Source of the DNA: Psammoneis japonica
Taxonomy: Eukaryota
Direction: 5' to 3'
DNA: 64,000 nucleotides
Assembly (NCBI GenBank): GCA_008632985.1
Contig: QPGO01000014.1
Span: forward strand, 434,001 to 498,000
Positions within the stretch are counted from its first letter, which is position 1. Every line of letters begins with the position of its first letter. The position numbers and the translations under genes were made by a program. Positions 1-13,501 of the stretch are shown one piece after another. The notes beneath the pieces were generated by a model. It worked only from the letters and a program-made list of their open reading frames with translations. It ran no database searches and was not told the DNA's origin.

Positions 1-1
1 G

Positions 2-3000
2 ATGAAGAAGCGAAGAAAAGCACCGGAAGGGGTCTCATTTTCCAGGAAATCCAGAGATTTCAAATCCACTCCCGAGCTTCGACAGAGGAAAGAGAAGCCA
101 TCTCATTTGAAGAGGAGGGCCAAGTCTTCTCCGATACTAGAACACATCACCCCTCGCAGGAGAGAAGCTCGACCTGCCAAAGTTTTCGAGGAAGAGACCA
201 GTGCTCCTCCGTTGACCAAAGAGTTGTTGAAAGCGAATGCCAGAGCTGTGTCGAAACAGCTGGATCTGCAAGATGCTGTCGCAACGGTCATTCTCTCGAG
301 GTATCAGAACCATGTAATTGAATCGCAAATAACAGATCGGAAAAGGGCGCAATGGCACTCTTGCTACAGAGGTTACTTTGTGCGCCGAACAAACAAGAAA
401 GAAATTGACGTTTTGAGAATCTCAGACGGTGTCATGCACCAGGTGTGGACCGGATACTTCAAGGACATTGACTTTCACTTGGACTTGATTGATATCATTA
501 CCGTTCAGAGCGTAGTCCGACGACAAAGACCGAGAGCAGACTTTCTGGAAAAGAGAAACGCTGCGATTAGCATACAGAGCTCAGCACGCCGTTGGATTGC
601 TGAAGAGAACTACGATGCGTTGCTTGAGGAACGTAGTAGGCAGCATGAAGAGGATCGTGCGGCAACTCGTATCCAGGCAGTGGCGAGAGCATGGGTTGCA
701 ATTCGGCAGGTTGAAATCTTGAAACAGATTCAGGAGTTTGTTGAAGCCGAACGAGTAGCTAGGGCCAAGGATGACAAGGCCGCAGTAGTAATCCAATCGA
801 GTTGGCGCGGATATTGTGGTCGCGTTGATTTCTTGAGTGCTATTTTGTCCGCAGTGCTTATTCAGACCACAGCGAGGCAGTGGCTTGCGCGTCGTGAAGT
901 CAGACTGCTGAGGATTAAAGAAAGGAGGCAAGTGGAGAAAGAAAAACAACGTGCAGCTCATGAAAGGAACAAGATGATAAAGAAAAGAGAGAGGGCGGCA
1001 ACGTTGATACAGAGCACCTGGAGATCTCACTCTTGCCAGGCCAATTACCTTGCCGCAGTACTGGCAGCCATAATAGTCCAGTCTTGCATCAGGCGTTACT
1101 TGGCTAGCCGTGACTATTCGACAAAGGTCGAGGGCGCTGCGAAGATCCAAGCGCTCTCGCGTGGTATCTCAGGGAAGAAAGAGGCTGAAGAGTTACAGGA
1201 GAGAAATGTTGCATCTCTTCCTTCATCAAGAGCGGCAGAAGACATGCAATCTGAAGGCACGGAATCTCTTTATACTACAACAACAGCTGCAGAAGGCGCT
1301 CAACCTGGAGGAACAGAGCCTTTGTTAGCGGCAGAAGACATGCAATCTGAATGCACAGAGTCTCTATACACTACAACAACAGCTGCAGGCACTCAACCTG
1401 AAGCATCAACAGCGGCAGAAGACATACAATCTGAAGGCACAGAATCTCTATATACTACAACGACAGCAGGAGAAGGCACTCAACCTTACGGAACAGAATA
1501 TCTATATCCTACAGAAGAAGCAGAAGATACGCAATCTGAAGGCATGGAATCTCTATATCCTACAGCAGCGGCACTAGACACGCAATCTGAAGGCACAGAA
1601 TTGCTCTGTACGGCTACAACAGCAGCGGAAGACATGCGATTTGAAGGAGCAGAAGTGGCGCATATTGGCGCTCAACCGCAGCCGTCGACTGCAGCCGTGT
1701 TCGCTGTCGCAAACCTGGCTAATCCCAGAAGTAGCGATTCGCACTTGGTTCAAGGGGCTGCCAGGAGAGTTAACGGAAGGGAGGAGCAAGAGAAAAAATC
1801 CAATTGCGCCACTTCCATCCAGTCTGTTGCAAGGGCCTTCTTGGCTACGCGAAAGTACAGGAAAGTCATTCGTAGTGTCTGTCGGTTGCAAGCTGTGTAT
1901 CGCGCTCAGAAGATCCGCGATGCCGTCAGCCAGCTCCAGCAACGCCAGCGTGCCGCTACCTTGATTCAGTGTAACACGAGGGGATTCTTGACCAGATTCA
2001 ATATTCTCATACACCATTATGCAGCGTATGAAATTCAGCAAGCCTGGAGAGATGCCAAAGATCGACAGACTTTTCGCTCTCAAAACAGGGCGGCGATTAG
2101 GATCCAGAGAGCATGGAGGAGTCGGGAACATCACCAAAAGGTGGTGTCCTTGGACCCTCCAACATGTGCAGTCATTCAAGTTCAACCTCCTGATCCAGAG
2201 ATGATTCTTCCCGCTAAGTCAATCTATGACCGGAAAGGTTCAATGGAGGACGAAGTGTTGAGTGACTTGTCGACGTCAACGGCTTCGCTATCGTCTGATG
2301 ACAAGCCGAAATCAAGAGAGGAATTGTATGCTTCGTTGCTTGCGTTTGAGTCGAAACGCCGTTCGACATACACTCCTGTCTTGAAGGATTCAATGATGAA
2401 ATGGCGCTCCTCTGTGGACGCGCTTCAAGCTAGTGTCGAGGAGATGGTCCATGCAGAACGTTTGATCTTTGGATCCGCTGTCGCTAACCACGTACTCGGT
2501 GAAGCCATGTTTGACACCGACGACAATACGAGCTTTGCTTCAGAGGGTGGGAGCCTCTCGACTGGGGGTGCAAGCCTAAGGCGGAGGAAAAAGCAAGAGA
2601 CGGGACAGCACAGCTCGGGCAACGCCGACGCATACATGGACGTATCTGATGAGATGACTCGCGTCCGTGAAGATCTACAAGCTCAAGTTAGCGCTCTAAG
2701 TGAAATGGGAGGAGTTATCATCGGCGAACTCGAATCGGCAGAAATGAGTGTCATTGAAGCATGGGGTAAGTTTGGCGTTTACGTATGTCCGTTCCAGTGC
2801 CATTTGAAGTATGCTAGTGTCTCATGAGATGTTCTACGCACCGATCTGTTTGTCCGCCAGATTCGTTTGATGCGGTATCAATGGCTTTGTCGGACAGTTG
2901 TCACTCACCAACAGGTTCTGATAGGCCTCTCTCTAGCCAATCCGAACGCGGATCTGATTTGTGGCTGCAAGAAATGCACTACTGTGTTGCTGTTGCTTTC

Positions 3001-3750
3001 CAAGTACTTTCGTGGCAGCGAGCTGTGTCAGATTTATCAAACATTTTTGGGTCGGTGTCTTCGACCGAAAGAAAGCATCGTAGCCGTTTGCGCGAGTTGC
3101 TTCTTGTGTTTGCCTCTCAACGCAGGCAACAGGTATCTGCCTTTAGATCTCTACGGGCAGAGGATCTGCAGGAACTTGTAGATAACCAAGTCGACCAGAT
3201 TCATCCTCAAATCGAAGATCTTATCCGAGAGACCGAAAGCAGACCGTTTGTTGACGTACCAAGTAACTTTCTGAGAATCGAAGCAAGTGATTTCACTACG
3301 CTGGATTCTCCGATGGAAAGCTTGCTATTGCGTGGTGCCGATATTATTGATATGGGTGCAAAGGGGGGCTTTGGTAGAAGAACACAGTGGGAACAAGTCT
3401 TGGCAATACGGACGGCAGACTCTTTTGTGCACTTTTTCGATATGAACTCATCATCCGCCGAGGCAACCGATCCGGTGGAAGTGTTTCATGAACTCATTCT
3501 AATGTCACAGTTCCAGAAGCTTGACGGAGGTGACAAGGGACAGCATGACGGTTTGGATCCAATGGAGTCTTTCTATTTGCCCAACTGTTCGGCAAAGATT
3601 ATTAGCAAGGAGAAACGGAACTGCGAACTAAAAGAAGAGTTTGTGGGAAAGAAGGGGAAGCACCGCACGAACAAGTTGCTACTACGAACGGAATCCCCTG
3701 CCGAGACAGCCGAATGGATTCAAAGCTTGGGGATGCAGCCTGATTCATAA
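2..3750 (+). CDS. Large IQ-motif (calmodulin-binding) repeat protein with probable C-terminal PH-like domain; intron 2766-2860; 5' end may lie outside the window
   Basis: Many IQxxxRGxxxR motifs (IQSSWRGYCGR, IQALSRGISGK, IQCNTRGFLTR). A GTAAGT...CCGCCAG intron (95 nt) joins ORF 2..2827 in frame to ORF 2824..3750. The C-terminal LLLRTESPAETAEWIQSL resembles a PH terminal helix. Confidence 0.8.
1231..1650 (+). repeat. Coding tandem repeats (AAEDMQSEGTESLYTTTT-like units) inside the IQ protein
   Basis: Repeated gcagaagacatgcaatctgaaggcac-like units in the DNA and matching units in the translation. Confidence 0.9.
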
Positions 3751-3776
3751 GGTTGACTAAAGCTCTGTTTTTGATA

Positions 3777-5026
3777 CTACTTTGCACTACGCCTTGTCCT
3801 TTTGGCAGTCTTCTCTCCCTTCACCGCCTTGCGCTTGCCTCTCTTGGTGCTGCCAGCTACAATGTCGCTTTCGGTTTTTGTAACCGGTGTGGCTGCTGTT
3901 GCTCGCGCCCTGGCCTTTCTCGCCTGTCCGGGTGCAAGCTCAGCAATGTGTTCCACTGCCAGACTTTCTCCCGCGATTGCCTTTTCCATTGCGGCATCTT
4001 CGGAAGACACAATGTTTGGCATTCCCTCAAGAGCATCCTCCAAAAGCTTGACGAGCTCCGCCTTCTTCGCTTTGCGAGGAGCCTCTACTCCCATGCGAAC
4101 AAGTTCTGATCGAATCTCGGGTACTGTAAGTCGCGCCGGTCCACTGGCTTTGAGGCGATCCTGGAGTGATTCAGGCGCACAGTGAGAAAGAAACGGCACG
4201 CACTCTTTGGTTGGAGTCACGACGGCAGCCGTCTTGGTACGTTTCCGAGGCTGACAGGTGGGACATGCATAGCATGTTCGACTCGCAATGGTCCAGACAC
4301 GAATGCTTGTCTGGCACCTGGGACAGTGCGACTTGTTGTAAATGTACCGACGACAGTTCAAGCCTTCTTGGGGATCCACCGTAAGAATCGACCCAGTCTC
4401 GTACCCTCGACGCAAAAGCGCGACAGTCTCTGCCCAAATATTGTCAAATTCAAACTTTTCGAGTTCGTTACCTGGAACATCGGGATGTACACCTGCCTTG
4501 AACAAGATTTCAGCTCGATAAATGTTGCCAGGTCCCGTAAAGTAAGATTGATCCATAATGAGAGCACCAATCGACTTTTTGGAAGATGAAACCTTGTTCC
4601 ACAAAAGCTCTGGATCTGCATCGTCACGAAGCGGATCTTGTCCCAGCTTTTGCCGTTTTTCGTTGTATAAATCAATCCCTCCATGCTTTACCGTCATGGC
4701 GCTCAAATCAATTACCATTCCGTGTCCCTCCAATCGCAATCGATTCGTTTTGGATGGCTCCGGCGCATCTTGCGCCCTATCATAAATGGCCCAATTCCCC
4801 GCCATGCCAAAGTGCACATGCACCACAACCGTGTCATGTTCATTATTGTTGCCGAAGAAGGCAAACAAATTCTTGCCCACAGCTTCAATTCTCGTGAACG
4901 GTTTCTTGTGAATGGCTAGGCACCTTGCGTGAATCTGCCATTGGGACTGGACGCCGAAAAGGTTTTGCCAATCAAACGTTGACGGTGTCGTGCAGCAACA
5001 CGATGAACACTGTGTCCTTCCACCAT
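3777..5026 (-). CDS. Fpg/Nei-family DNA glycosylase (Val2, NEIL3-like N-terminus) with H2TH, zinc finger and C-terminal SAP/HeH-like motif; 1-bp deletion near 4918
   Basis: MVEGHSVHR N-terminus, GKNLF, HFGMAG, LIMDQSYFTGPGNIYRAEILF (H2TH), CPRC...CPTCQ zinc finger. Restoring one base at GCC[C]TA joins ORF 4916..5320 to ORF 3777..4880. Confidence 0.9.
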
Positions 5027-5301
5027 GCTCAACAAAGTTGATGATGGACTGAGAAGGTTAGTGTGGTACTGGCAATGGGTAACACGGTACGCGGTACTGT
5101 AAGGCAAAAAGAAGAGAAGAAGCCACATCCAATGTGAAATGATGAGAAAAAAAATGAAGAATGAGGCGAATGATGAGTCATGCATGCATGAGTCAGATCG
5201 GGATTGGTGTCGTGTGCTGTTCCACTGTGAAGGGGGCGCGCCGCGCGCTCGGGGTGATTTCAGAGTTTTGAGTGAGTCCAGACTGTTCATAAAGCTCGAC
5301 C

Positions 5302-7176
5302 ATGGCGTTGGCAAGAGCACTTCTTTTCAAAAAGCTAGGTGCTAGATCTTATGTACACCGATTGCATCGAGATTGTTGTTTGCGCGACAGGCGTTCAGCA
5401 CCGGACCACCTGCTGTCAATGGAACAAAACACCCGCTGCGGCCGCGGCCAAACGGGGAGCAACAGGAGCACCTCGACGCCAATGCCCAACAACCCCGTGT
5501 AAACGCAACGACGTTGAATGAACCACCAACCTATAAGCCATCCTTACGAATCAAAATCTACTCCTCCTCCTCCTCTGAAAGAACAAAAATTCGATGTGCC
5601 ATTTTGGTGGATTCCGAAAACGCACAACGCGACGCCATGGATCTAATCATGCAAGAGGTTCGCGATACACTCGGTGGTCGCGCCACGGTTCGTCGTGTTT
5701 ATGGTGATTTTTCGTCCGAACAAGGCGCCAGTTGGAAAGGATTTTGTCTAGAGCACTCGTTTTTGCCCGTTCATGCCTTTGCATATGTACAAGGCAAGGG
5801 TAGTTCCGATGCGGCGCTCCAGTTGGATACCATGGAATTGCTTTACAATAACGACATTGATGGCTTTTGTATTGTCTCGTCGGATTCGGACTTTACCCGG
5901 TTGGCGCAGAAATTGCGAGAAGCCGGAAAATATGTGGTGGGTTTTGGCCACGAACAGGCAGTATCCAATTCGTTTGTTGCGGCGTGCGAGGACTTTGTCT
6001 TTGTGAATGAGTTGGTTGAGCGAGAGCAAAATCGAATCAAACAAGAACAAGAACGACAAAAAGTGTTGGCAGCAAAACTTCAGCAAGAGAAGCAAGAACA
6101 GGAACGACTGAAAGCTCTTCAGAAGGAGAAGGAGGAGCAGGAACGACTGGAAGCTGAAGAAGCCAAACGGTCCTTTTGGGAACGTTGGAAACTTTACGTG
6201 ACCAGTTTTACCACCCGTGAAGACGATGGAAATGACCAACTCCAGCAAATGACGGGAACAAAATAGCTTCTACAGACAATAATGAAGAAATCGCCAAAGA
6301 GCGGAGAGAATCAGTTCCGCAGCATGTCTTGGACACTCTTCATAACGCGGTTCAAGAGTACTCTGCCAAGAGCGGTTTCTGTCGGCTGCAGATTCTTTCC
6401 AGAGTCAGAATTGATCATTCTTCCTTGGGCTATGAAACGACCCACGAGCTCCTTGCTGATTTCCCCGAGGACTTTGAGCTTGTCTGGGCTAAGAGTGGGC
6501 GGCATTGGAGCGTTAGGAGCCTGAAGAATCCAAGGCCTTCAATTAACATGTGTGAACTTCATGAAGAAATATGAAACACGCCGATACGAGTGGCTGGGCC
6601 CCTTGGGGTAATGTTGCTAAATGCGTTAACATTTTTGATTTTGGTTTCGCCAAGATTACGGATCTAGCTGAGCGGCACCCTGACGAGATTGAAACGCGGA
6701 TGCATGGATCAACTTGTATGGTGAAGAGCCTCAAGCATTTAACGCCATCAAAAGGCATGTTGGATGCACTTCACGCAGAAACAGTTAAACGCGCAGACGA
6801 GAGCGGGTGGGCCAATTGGGCTGTTGTCGCCAAATCCGTTGACGTTTCTGACTTTGGTGTCACAAAAATTTCGGAGCTAGCTGAGCTATACCCCAACGAG
6901 ATTGGAACTTGGATAGACGGATCGACCATGAAGGTGAAGAGCCTCAAGCATTCAATGCCATCAAAAACCAAGATAGAAAGACTCCACGAAGAAATCTTGA
7001 AACACGCCGATAGGAGCGGGTGGGCCGACTGGGCTGTTGTCGCCAGGGCTGTCAAGGTTTCTGACTTTGGTGTCACCAGGATTTCGCAGCTTGCAGAGCT
7101 ATACCCCGACGAGATTGGAACGTGGGTAGATGGATCAGTCCTGAGGATAAAGAGTTTGCGAAACTTGAGGCAATAA
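5302..7176 (+). CDS. NYN (LabA/DUF88, PIN-like) ribonuclease + coiled coil + ~4 OST-HTH/LOTUS-like repeats, probable mitochondrial presequence; 1-bp deletions near 5357, 6239, 6571
   Basis: ILVDSEN, RRVYGDF, KGSSDAAL, IVSSDSDFTRLAQKLREAGKYVVGFG. Repeats of SGWA.W..VAK.V..SDFGVTKISELAELYP. Single-base insertions join the ORF pieces, e.g. ATA[T]TG AAA CAC matches the intact later repeat ATC TTG AAA CAC. Confidence 0.8.
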
Positions 7177-7496
7177 AGCACGTAGTAAAACGAAGGCACA
7201 CCAAGCACCTACAAAGACTTTTTTTCTAGCAGGGCACCGTTGCCATCGTTTCAGTGTAAACGTTTGCGCGAATTATGCTGGTTCACCTATCATGGCGACT
7301 ACTCGAGTTCTAGCTAGAGTAGATATGGGAAAGCAAAGCAATCAAGGGGTTGAAGAAGAAAGTCTCTCTACTAAAGTGTACGCTCGAATCAAGGCCGGAA
7401 GAAACTCGGGCACCTCTTCTAATCGAGAGCACGGTACAAAAGAGTCAATAATGAAACGTGCTGTCATCAACTAAGTGTTAAAACATAAATTAGAAA

Positions 7497-9774
7497 TTAC
7501 AATTCGTCATCGCCAAAGTCTCCCATATCGTCTTCTGCGTCCCCTCCTCCGCCGCCAGCGGCGTAAACCTTACGCATGATTGGGTTGGCAATGTTTTCAA
7601 CCTCCTTTTGCTTCTCATCATAGTCCTCCTTGTCGGCTTCAGGATTCTCGTCCATCCAGTCAAGAGTCTCGTCAATCATGTCTTGCATCTCCTTCTTGTC
7701 CTCGGCCGAGATGGAATCAGCAACACCCTTCTCGTCGTCTTCAAGAGTGTTCTTGAGGTTGTAAAGGTAGGATTCAAGACCGTTGCGAGCATCGATACGT
7801 TCCTTGACCTTCCTGTCCTCTTCGGCAAATTCTTCAGCCTCTTGGACCATGCGCTCAATCTCTTCTTCAGACAAACGTCCCTTCTCGGCAGTAATGGTGA
7901 TCTTTTCGGCCTTTCCAGTTCCCTTATCTTCGGCTGCTACTTGAAGAATACCGTTGGCATCAACTTCAAACGTAACCTCGATTTGTGGGACACCGCGAGG
8001 AGCAGGTGGAATTCCAGTCAATTCGAATTTACCCAACAAGTGGTTGTCCTTGGTCATGGATCGCTCTCCCTCAAAGACCTGGATCAATACAACATTCTGG
8101 TTGTCCTGGTGAGTTGAGAACGTTTCTGCGAGAAACAATTGGGAAGTGAACCATATGTGAGATGCATAAGAAAATTAAGAGAAATTGCAAAACAACAGGG
8201 AACGAATCCATCGTCACTTACGAGACTTCTTGGTGGGAATTGTGGTTCCACGGTTGATCAACTTGGTCATGACACCTCCCACAGTTTCGATACCCTGCGA
8301 CAAGGGAGTCACATCAAGAAGCAAAATCTCACTAGTGTGGTCGCCACCATCGCCGGAAAGGATACCACCCTGAACGGCAGCTCCGTAGGCAACAGCCTCG
8401 TCGGGGTTAATTCCCTTGGATGGCTCCTTACCGCCAAAGTATTCGGAAATCAAAGACTGAACCTTGGGAATACGGGTCGATCCTCCGACAAGGACAATCT
8501 CATCAACTTCACTCTTGGAAACATCGGCATCATCCAAAACACGGCCAACGGGTCCGAGAGTCTTCTTGAACAAATCATTGTTCAACTCCTCGAAACGAGC
8601 ACGAGTCAAAGTCTCGGACAAATCAAATCCATCCGCCAACTCCTCAATCTCCAAACGGGCCTGCTGTTGAGACGAAAGAGCACGCTTGACACGCTCCACC
8701 TCCTTACGAAGCTTCTGCAACGCACGCTTGTCACTCGAAATGTCAACATCACTCTTCTTTTTCATCATCTTGATAAAGTACTGCATCACACGCTGATCAA
8801 AGTCCTCTCCACCGAGATGCGTGTCTCCGTTGGTGGCCAACACCTCAAACACACCGTTATCAATTGTCAGCAACGTCACATCAAAGGTACCTCCACCAAG
8901 GTCAAATACCAACACGTTGGACTCTCCGCCCGTCTTGTCCATACCGTAGGCAATGGCAGCAGCGGTCGGTTCGTTGATGATACGTTCCACCTTCATACCC
9001 GAAATGGTACCGGCATCCTTGGTAGCCTGACGCTGGGCATCGTTGAAATAGGCAGGCACGGTAACAACCGCGTGCTTGATATCCTTCCCCAAAAAGGTCT
9101 CGGCCGTGAGCTTCATTTTCTGCAACACCATGGCGGAGATTTCCTCGGGAGCAAACTTGGAAACCTTGCCTCCGACAGTGACCTCCACGACGGGCTTGTT
9201 TTGATCGGAAACAATCTTGTAAGGCACCAATTTCTTATCTGCTTGAACAGACTTGTCGGAGAAACCGCGACCAATCAATCGCTTCACATCAAAAATCGTG
9301 TTTTCAGGATTAATTGTAGCCTGATTCTTGGCAGCATCTCCAACAAGTCGGTCCCCGTTTTCCATAAAGGCAACATAAGAAGGAGTGATACGGTTACCTT
9401 GATCGTTGGCAATGATTTCAACACGTCCATTCTTGAAGACTCCAACGCAGGAATACGTCGTTCCCAGATCAATTCCAATTGTCGTCCCGATTCCTCCCTC
9501 ATCTTCATCTTGTGCAACTGCAGCATAAGGAAGGGCCAACGCGGCGACTGTGTGTAATCATAGAAATAGAAGAAGTAAAACAGGCACGAATGAGATGCTG
9601 CGCAGCACAAATAATAAAACCGCAATGGCATCACGGGGTTCTCAACAACGTGATCAAAGCATACGCGCTTTTCAAGCCCTGAATTCTCTTCAAACTACTC
9701 CATAATCAAGCTCCATCATCACCACCCTCTATAAATAACTTACATGCCGCAACAGCAATCTTTCGAAAGTACAT
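7497..9774 (-). CDS. BiP: ER luminal Hsp70 (BiP), copy 1; exons 9774-9744, 9547-8222, 8125-7497
   Basis: Signal peptide [42 protein letters not shown]-terminal DDEL. GT-AG introns 9743-9548 and 8221-8126 give a continuous frame. Confidence 0.97.
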
Positions 9775-10404
9775 GGTGGGTGTCGTTGCAGACTCCTCTT
9801 ATGGCTTTGTATGGATGTCGTTTGCTCGTTGCGTTCCACTTGGCCTTTTATTTTTTCGCTTGACGCTTGACGGCCCCCTCGTATTGTCACTCGTAGAATT
9901 CTACGGCATCACAGATTGCGTGGCCTGCGGAGAGCCGCACAAACCAACGGTCATTTCAAAACACGGAATCGTACAATTTGAAATGACTGAAATGACTTAT
10001 CATGACGTCATTAGGGAATGATTTTGAAATTTTGCCATTCGAAGATTCCTGAGAAGTTGAAAGAGACAGCGACGTAGGACAGCGTTCAAACAAGGAATGG
10101 GTTAGTGGTGGAATAGAATACCGGAAATTCTCTTTGGTGATGGGGTCCGTTGGTCTCTGTAACAGTGTTCGTGGCGTCCCACGTCCCACCATCTTGCACC
10201 TCCACTCTCCAGCTAGCTCTGGAAGTTAAGAGCAAGCAGTATCATGAGTCAAACAAGAAAATGTTTCATCTACACCTCTTGAGTTGATCGGTGTCATGAC
10301 ATTGGTAGGACATCAAAGAGGAAAAGAAAGGAGAAATCTATTTTACGGCCGATGGTTGCATGCCATCTAAAGGCTCCGCCTAATTGGTTCGACTTGTCCA
10401 CGCG

Positions 10405-12121
10405 TTAGTACTTGTACGAATAAATACCAGTCCTCCTTGAGAGGCTGTCTGGGGCGGACGACCGCCGCAGGCTAAAATGGAATCTTCGAACTCTTGTTGA
10501 CTCTATGAACGAGTGTCCAGATTTCATCGTGAAAATCTCAGGAGCGGCTTCTCTACTTTTACTTTCAGGGACGTCATTCAAGCTTTCCGATTCGAAATCC
10601 TCGGATTGATTGTCTTGGTTCAAAACGTGATTACAAGCCCCCATTTCTTCTATTACACGTATCATTTGAGCCTCACCGTCATAGTCGCTGACCATCTGAG
10701 AAACTTTGCTTGCCCGTTCAGCCATCGACTCATCCGATAAAGCGCGCATCACTTTTGAATCCAAATCCGGCATACCATGCTGGCACTGCAATGCAGTTCC
10801 GGCTTCCACGGCTCTTTGGGCATTGTAGTACTGGTCAAGACCGGAAGGATACGCCACCATGGGGATTCCAGCAGAGACGCCTTCGGTAAAGTTTCCAAAG
10901 CCAAAGTGATTGATAAATACACGGACTCGACCAGACTTGAGCAGGGCCACTTGAGGAACCCGATCTTGAATACGAAGTGCTCCATCCATATACTCGAGAA
11001 AGCCATCACCTTGACGTGTGGGTCCTGATCCGACGGAAGCATCAATGGCCTTGCGAAGGCGCTCTTGTTCGGTTTTTCGGAGCGCCAAGAGCACCCGACT
11101 CGCTAGCGGCGGATGGTCTTTCTGAAATCTTGCCAAACTCCGGGGCAACTGTCCCGCCACGGCTGCAATCTCTTTCTCAGAGAGTGTAGTTCCTGTTCCA
11201 AAGCAGGCGTATACAATGTCAGCGTCGTTGGTATTGTCCACCCAGCTTTTCAAATCACCAGAAATTTCTGTAATGGAGTCATTGGGTGTATCCAAAACAC
11301 CAATAGGGGTAACGTTGGATGCGATTTGCTGGTTTTCTATACAGAAAGGTTTGATTCCTCCCATGCATATGGTGGGGTACTTTGGTTGTATCCTCTCCAG
11401 TCGGATCTTTCATGGGCTCCAAACCTCGAGCTGCTCTTCGTGCGTTGTGGTGCTCCACTGTCTTGAGCCACGCTCGCCTCATCATGAATGCATCGAGAGC
11501 CATCCAAAAGAGACGAATTCCGAAACGGATAATGTCCATGAATGATACAAGTGGAGGATTATCCTTGTATGCAGCGACATGGGGAATTGCAGTGAGGGAT
11601 CGAGGCATGTGCCAAGCTTGTCTCTCGTCCAAATAGGTTAGTGGATCGTAGGGGAGTGAGCTGAAAATGACGCACGGAACGGCGGCGTTGGACGCCTCCA
11701 CGGCGTCACATACCGTGAGCGAAACGGAATGGATAGGGATTACCACGTTATATCACCAACGATTTTCTTGAGTGGCTCAAACATACCCAATTGAGTATCA
11801 AAGTGCTTCATAAAGTGGTTGGGAATCGCACATCCGTTCTTCAAAGCATTAAGAGTGCACTCCAGCTCGTAGAGTCAACTACTGGTCGAACATTGGCGAA
11901 TGTCTTGGTAGTGACTGGCCCAACCGAGATTACCTTGATGATTGTGTCTCGAACCTCCTTTGCATGTTCTCAAAGGTGGTTCCTTCTGGTGTAGCCAATG
12001 TCACCTCATGACCGCTGGCAGCAAGCATCTTACCCAGTTTGGCTGTCGCATACATGTGAGAAGGAAGGTCGCTTGAAACGACGAGAATCCTGAGCGCGTT
12101 TGCTGAGTTCTTTATACACAT
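10405..12121 (-). CDS. UDP-glycosyltransferase (GT1 / GT-B fold) with about four apparent 1-bp deletions (assembly error or pseudogene)
   Basis: RILVVSSDLPSHM...LAASGHEVTLATP N-terminus, IVYACFGT, and a PSPG-like box RVPQVALLK...FINHFGFGNFTEGVSAGIPMVAYPSGLDQYYNA. Frame breaks near 11970, 11850, 11750 and 11370. Confidence 0.8.
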
Positions 12122-12685
12122 TGTATATTCTTGTTGCGGTGTAGTTCTTTCTGTTGTTGCTGTTCCTTTCTCATGAATTGTTGTTGTGAGCTGAAGAAAG
12201 ATACAGTATGTTTTGCGTTCCATTCCAGTTCACCTCTCTCATTTCCCACGATCCCTATGCGCGAAATAGCCTTCTCAGATTTTCAGTCATGGATGCAACA
12301 CAGCTTCACCCCAAGCAGAATTGAAACTGCGAAACTGCATGGAGCGCAGCCCACTATGAAAATCTTTTGTACGTACGACATTTTATTCTTAGATACTGTG
12401 ATTCAATATAATTCTATGAATATTGGATACATTATGACAATATTAATGTATTTGTAAATGAATTATAAGCATAGTTTCAGTATCGCTACGTTACGACGTA
12501 GAGTGCAGTATCATTGTACATAAGCACGACTGAGTATTCAAAACGCGATTTGATGCAGTCATGGAAGGATTGATTTCATGCTGCAAAGAAGAATCATGCA
12601 TCGAGGAAGGCACAAAATCAACATAACCATGTGATCAGCTAATGTAGAAGAACCTACAAGAAGTAGCTTATTACACCAACAACGA

Positions 12686-13501
12686 ATGAACCGTTTCAGA
12701 AAACCACCGACCAACTCATCCAATGATGATGGCATGTGTGACAGGCGTGGTGTCATCGAGGGGGAGAAGAAAACAGAATCAGGAGAAGCAAAGTCTCCGG
12801 AAAAACAGCAAGAACAAGGGACAATCCAGCAGCCTACGGCTCAAAGGGATGCCTACAATCAGAAACAAAGCTGTGATTCAATTTCAAGACATAGAGAGGA
12901 AGTAGTTGGACAAGAACCGAGTGAAATGCCTGTCATCACAATTGGTGCTATTGCTGTTACTCCAGGAAGTGGGGAGCGACGGCGTTCTCGTGGACATATC
13001 GACGACATTTCGCTAATGCCCGACGAGATGGACTCGTCTTCTTTGGGTCCAATATCCATGCCTGCTTGCGATGACTCCACGGTGCTTGTGGAAGCTGAGC
13101 TTGCACATTCTAGCGAAGAAGTGACGGCAGAAAACACCCGTCTCAGAAAAGAGAACGAACGCCTTCGTTGTAAACTGAATGAGCTTGACAAGGCATCTAG
13201 CAATAAAAAGGTTGAAAAGACAGGATACAGAGACCCTATGAGCTGGGAGGAATTGCTAGTGAATGAGTTGGTTCCTGTCGAGGCCATGAGCTGGGAGGAA
13301 ATGCTTCTGAGTCAGTCGATTCACCATTCTCGAAGTGAATCCGTTCAAGGTCGGAGACGGCATGAACGCCATGAGACTCACCGCCGAGTAGTCGGTAACA
13401 AGGACAAGGGTACCAGCATTATAGAGGATAAGTATGGCTCAAGAACATACAGCTACAGTGGATCCCTTGGTTCGAAGCTCGGGAGCATGTTTCGCAAATG
13501 A
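12686..13501 (+). CDS. Hypothetical protein with short coiled coil
   Basis: 271-aa ATG ORF with normal composition, GAIAV...LVEAEL segments and a duplicated MSWEE motif. Confidence 0.6.
   Translation: MNRFRKPPTNSSNDDGMCDRRGVIEGEKKTESGEAKSPEKQQEQGTIQQPTAQRDAYNQKQSCDSISRHREEVVGQEPSEMPVITIGAIAVTPGSGERRRSRGHIDDISLMPDEMDSSSLGPISMPACDDSTVLVEAELAHSSEEVTAENTRLRKENERLRCKLNELDKASSNKKVEKTGYRDPMSWEELLVNELVPVEAMSWEEMLLSQSIHHSRSESVQGRRRHERHETHRRVVGNKDKGTSIIEDKYGSRTYSYSGSLGSKLGSMFRK

Noticed and set aside
8139..9557. Long antisense ORFs over both BiP genes (also 31474-33108)
   Set aside because: Well-known antisense shadow of Hsp70 coding sequence caused by codon usage.
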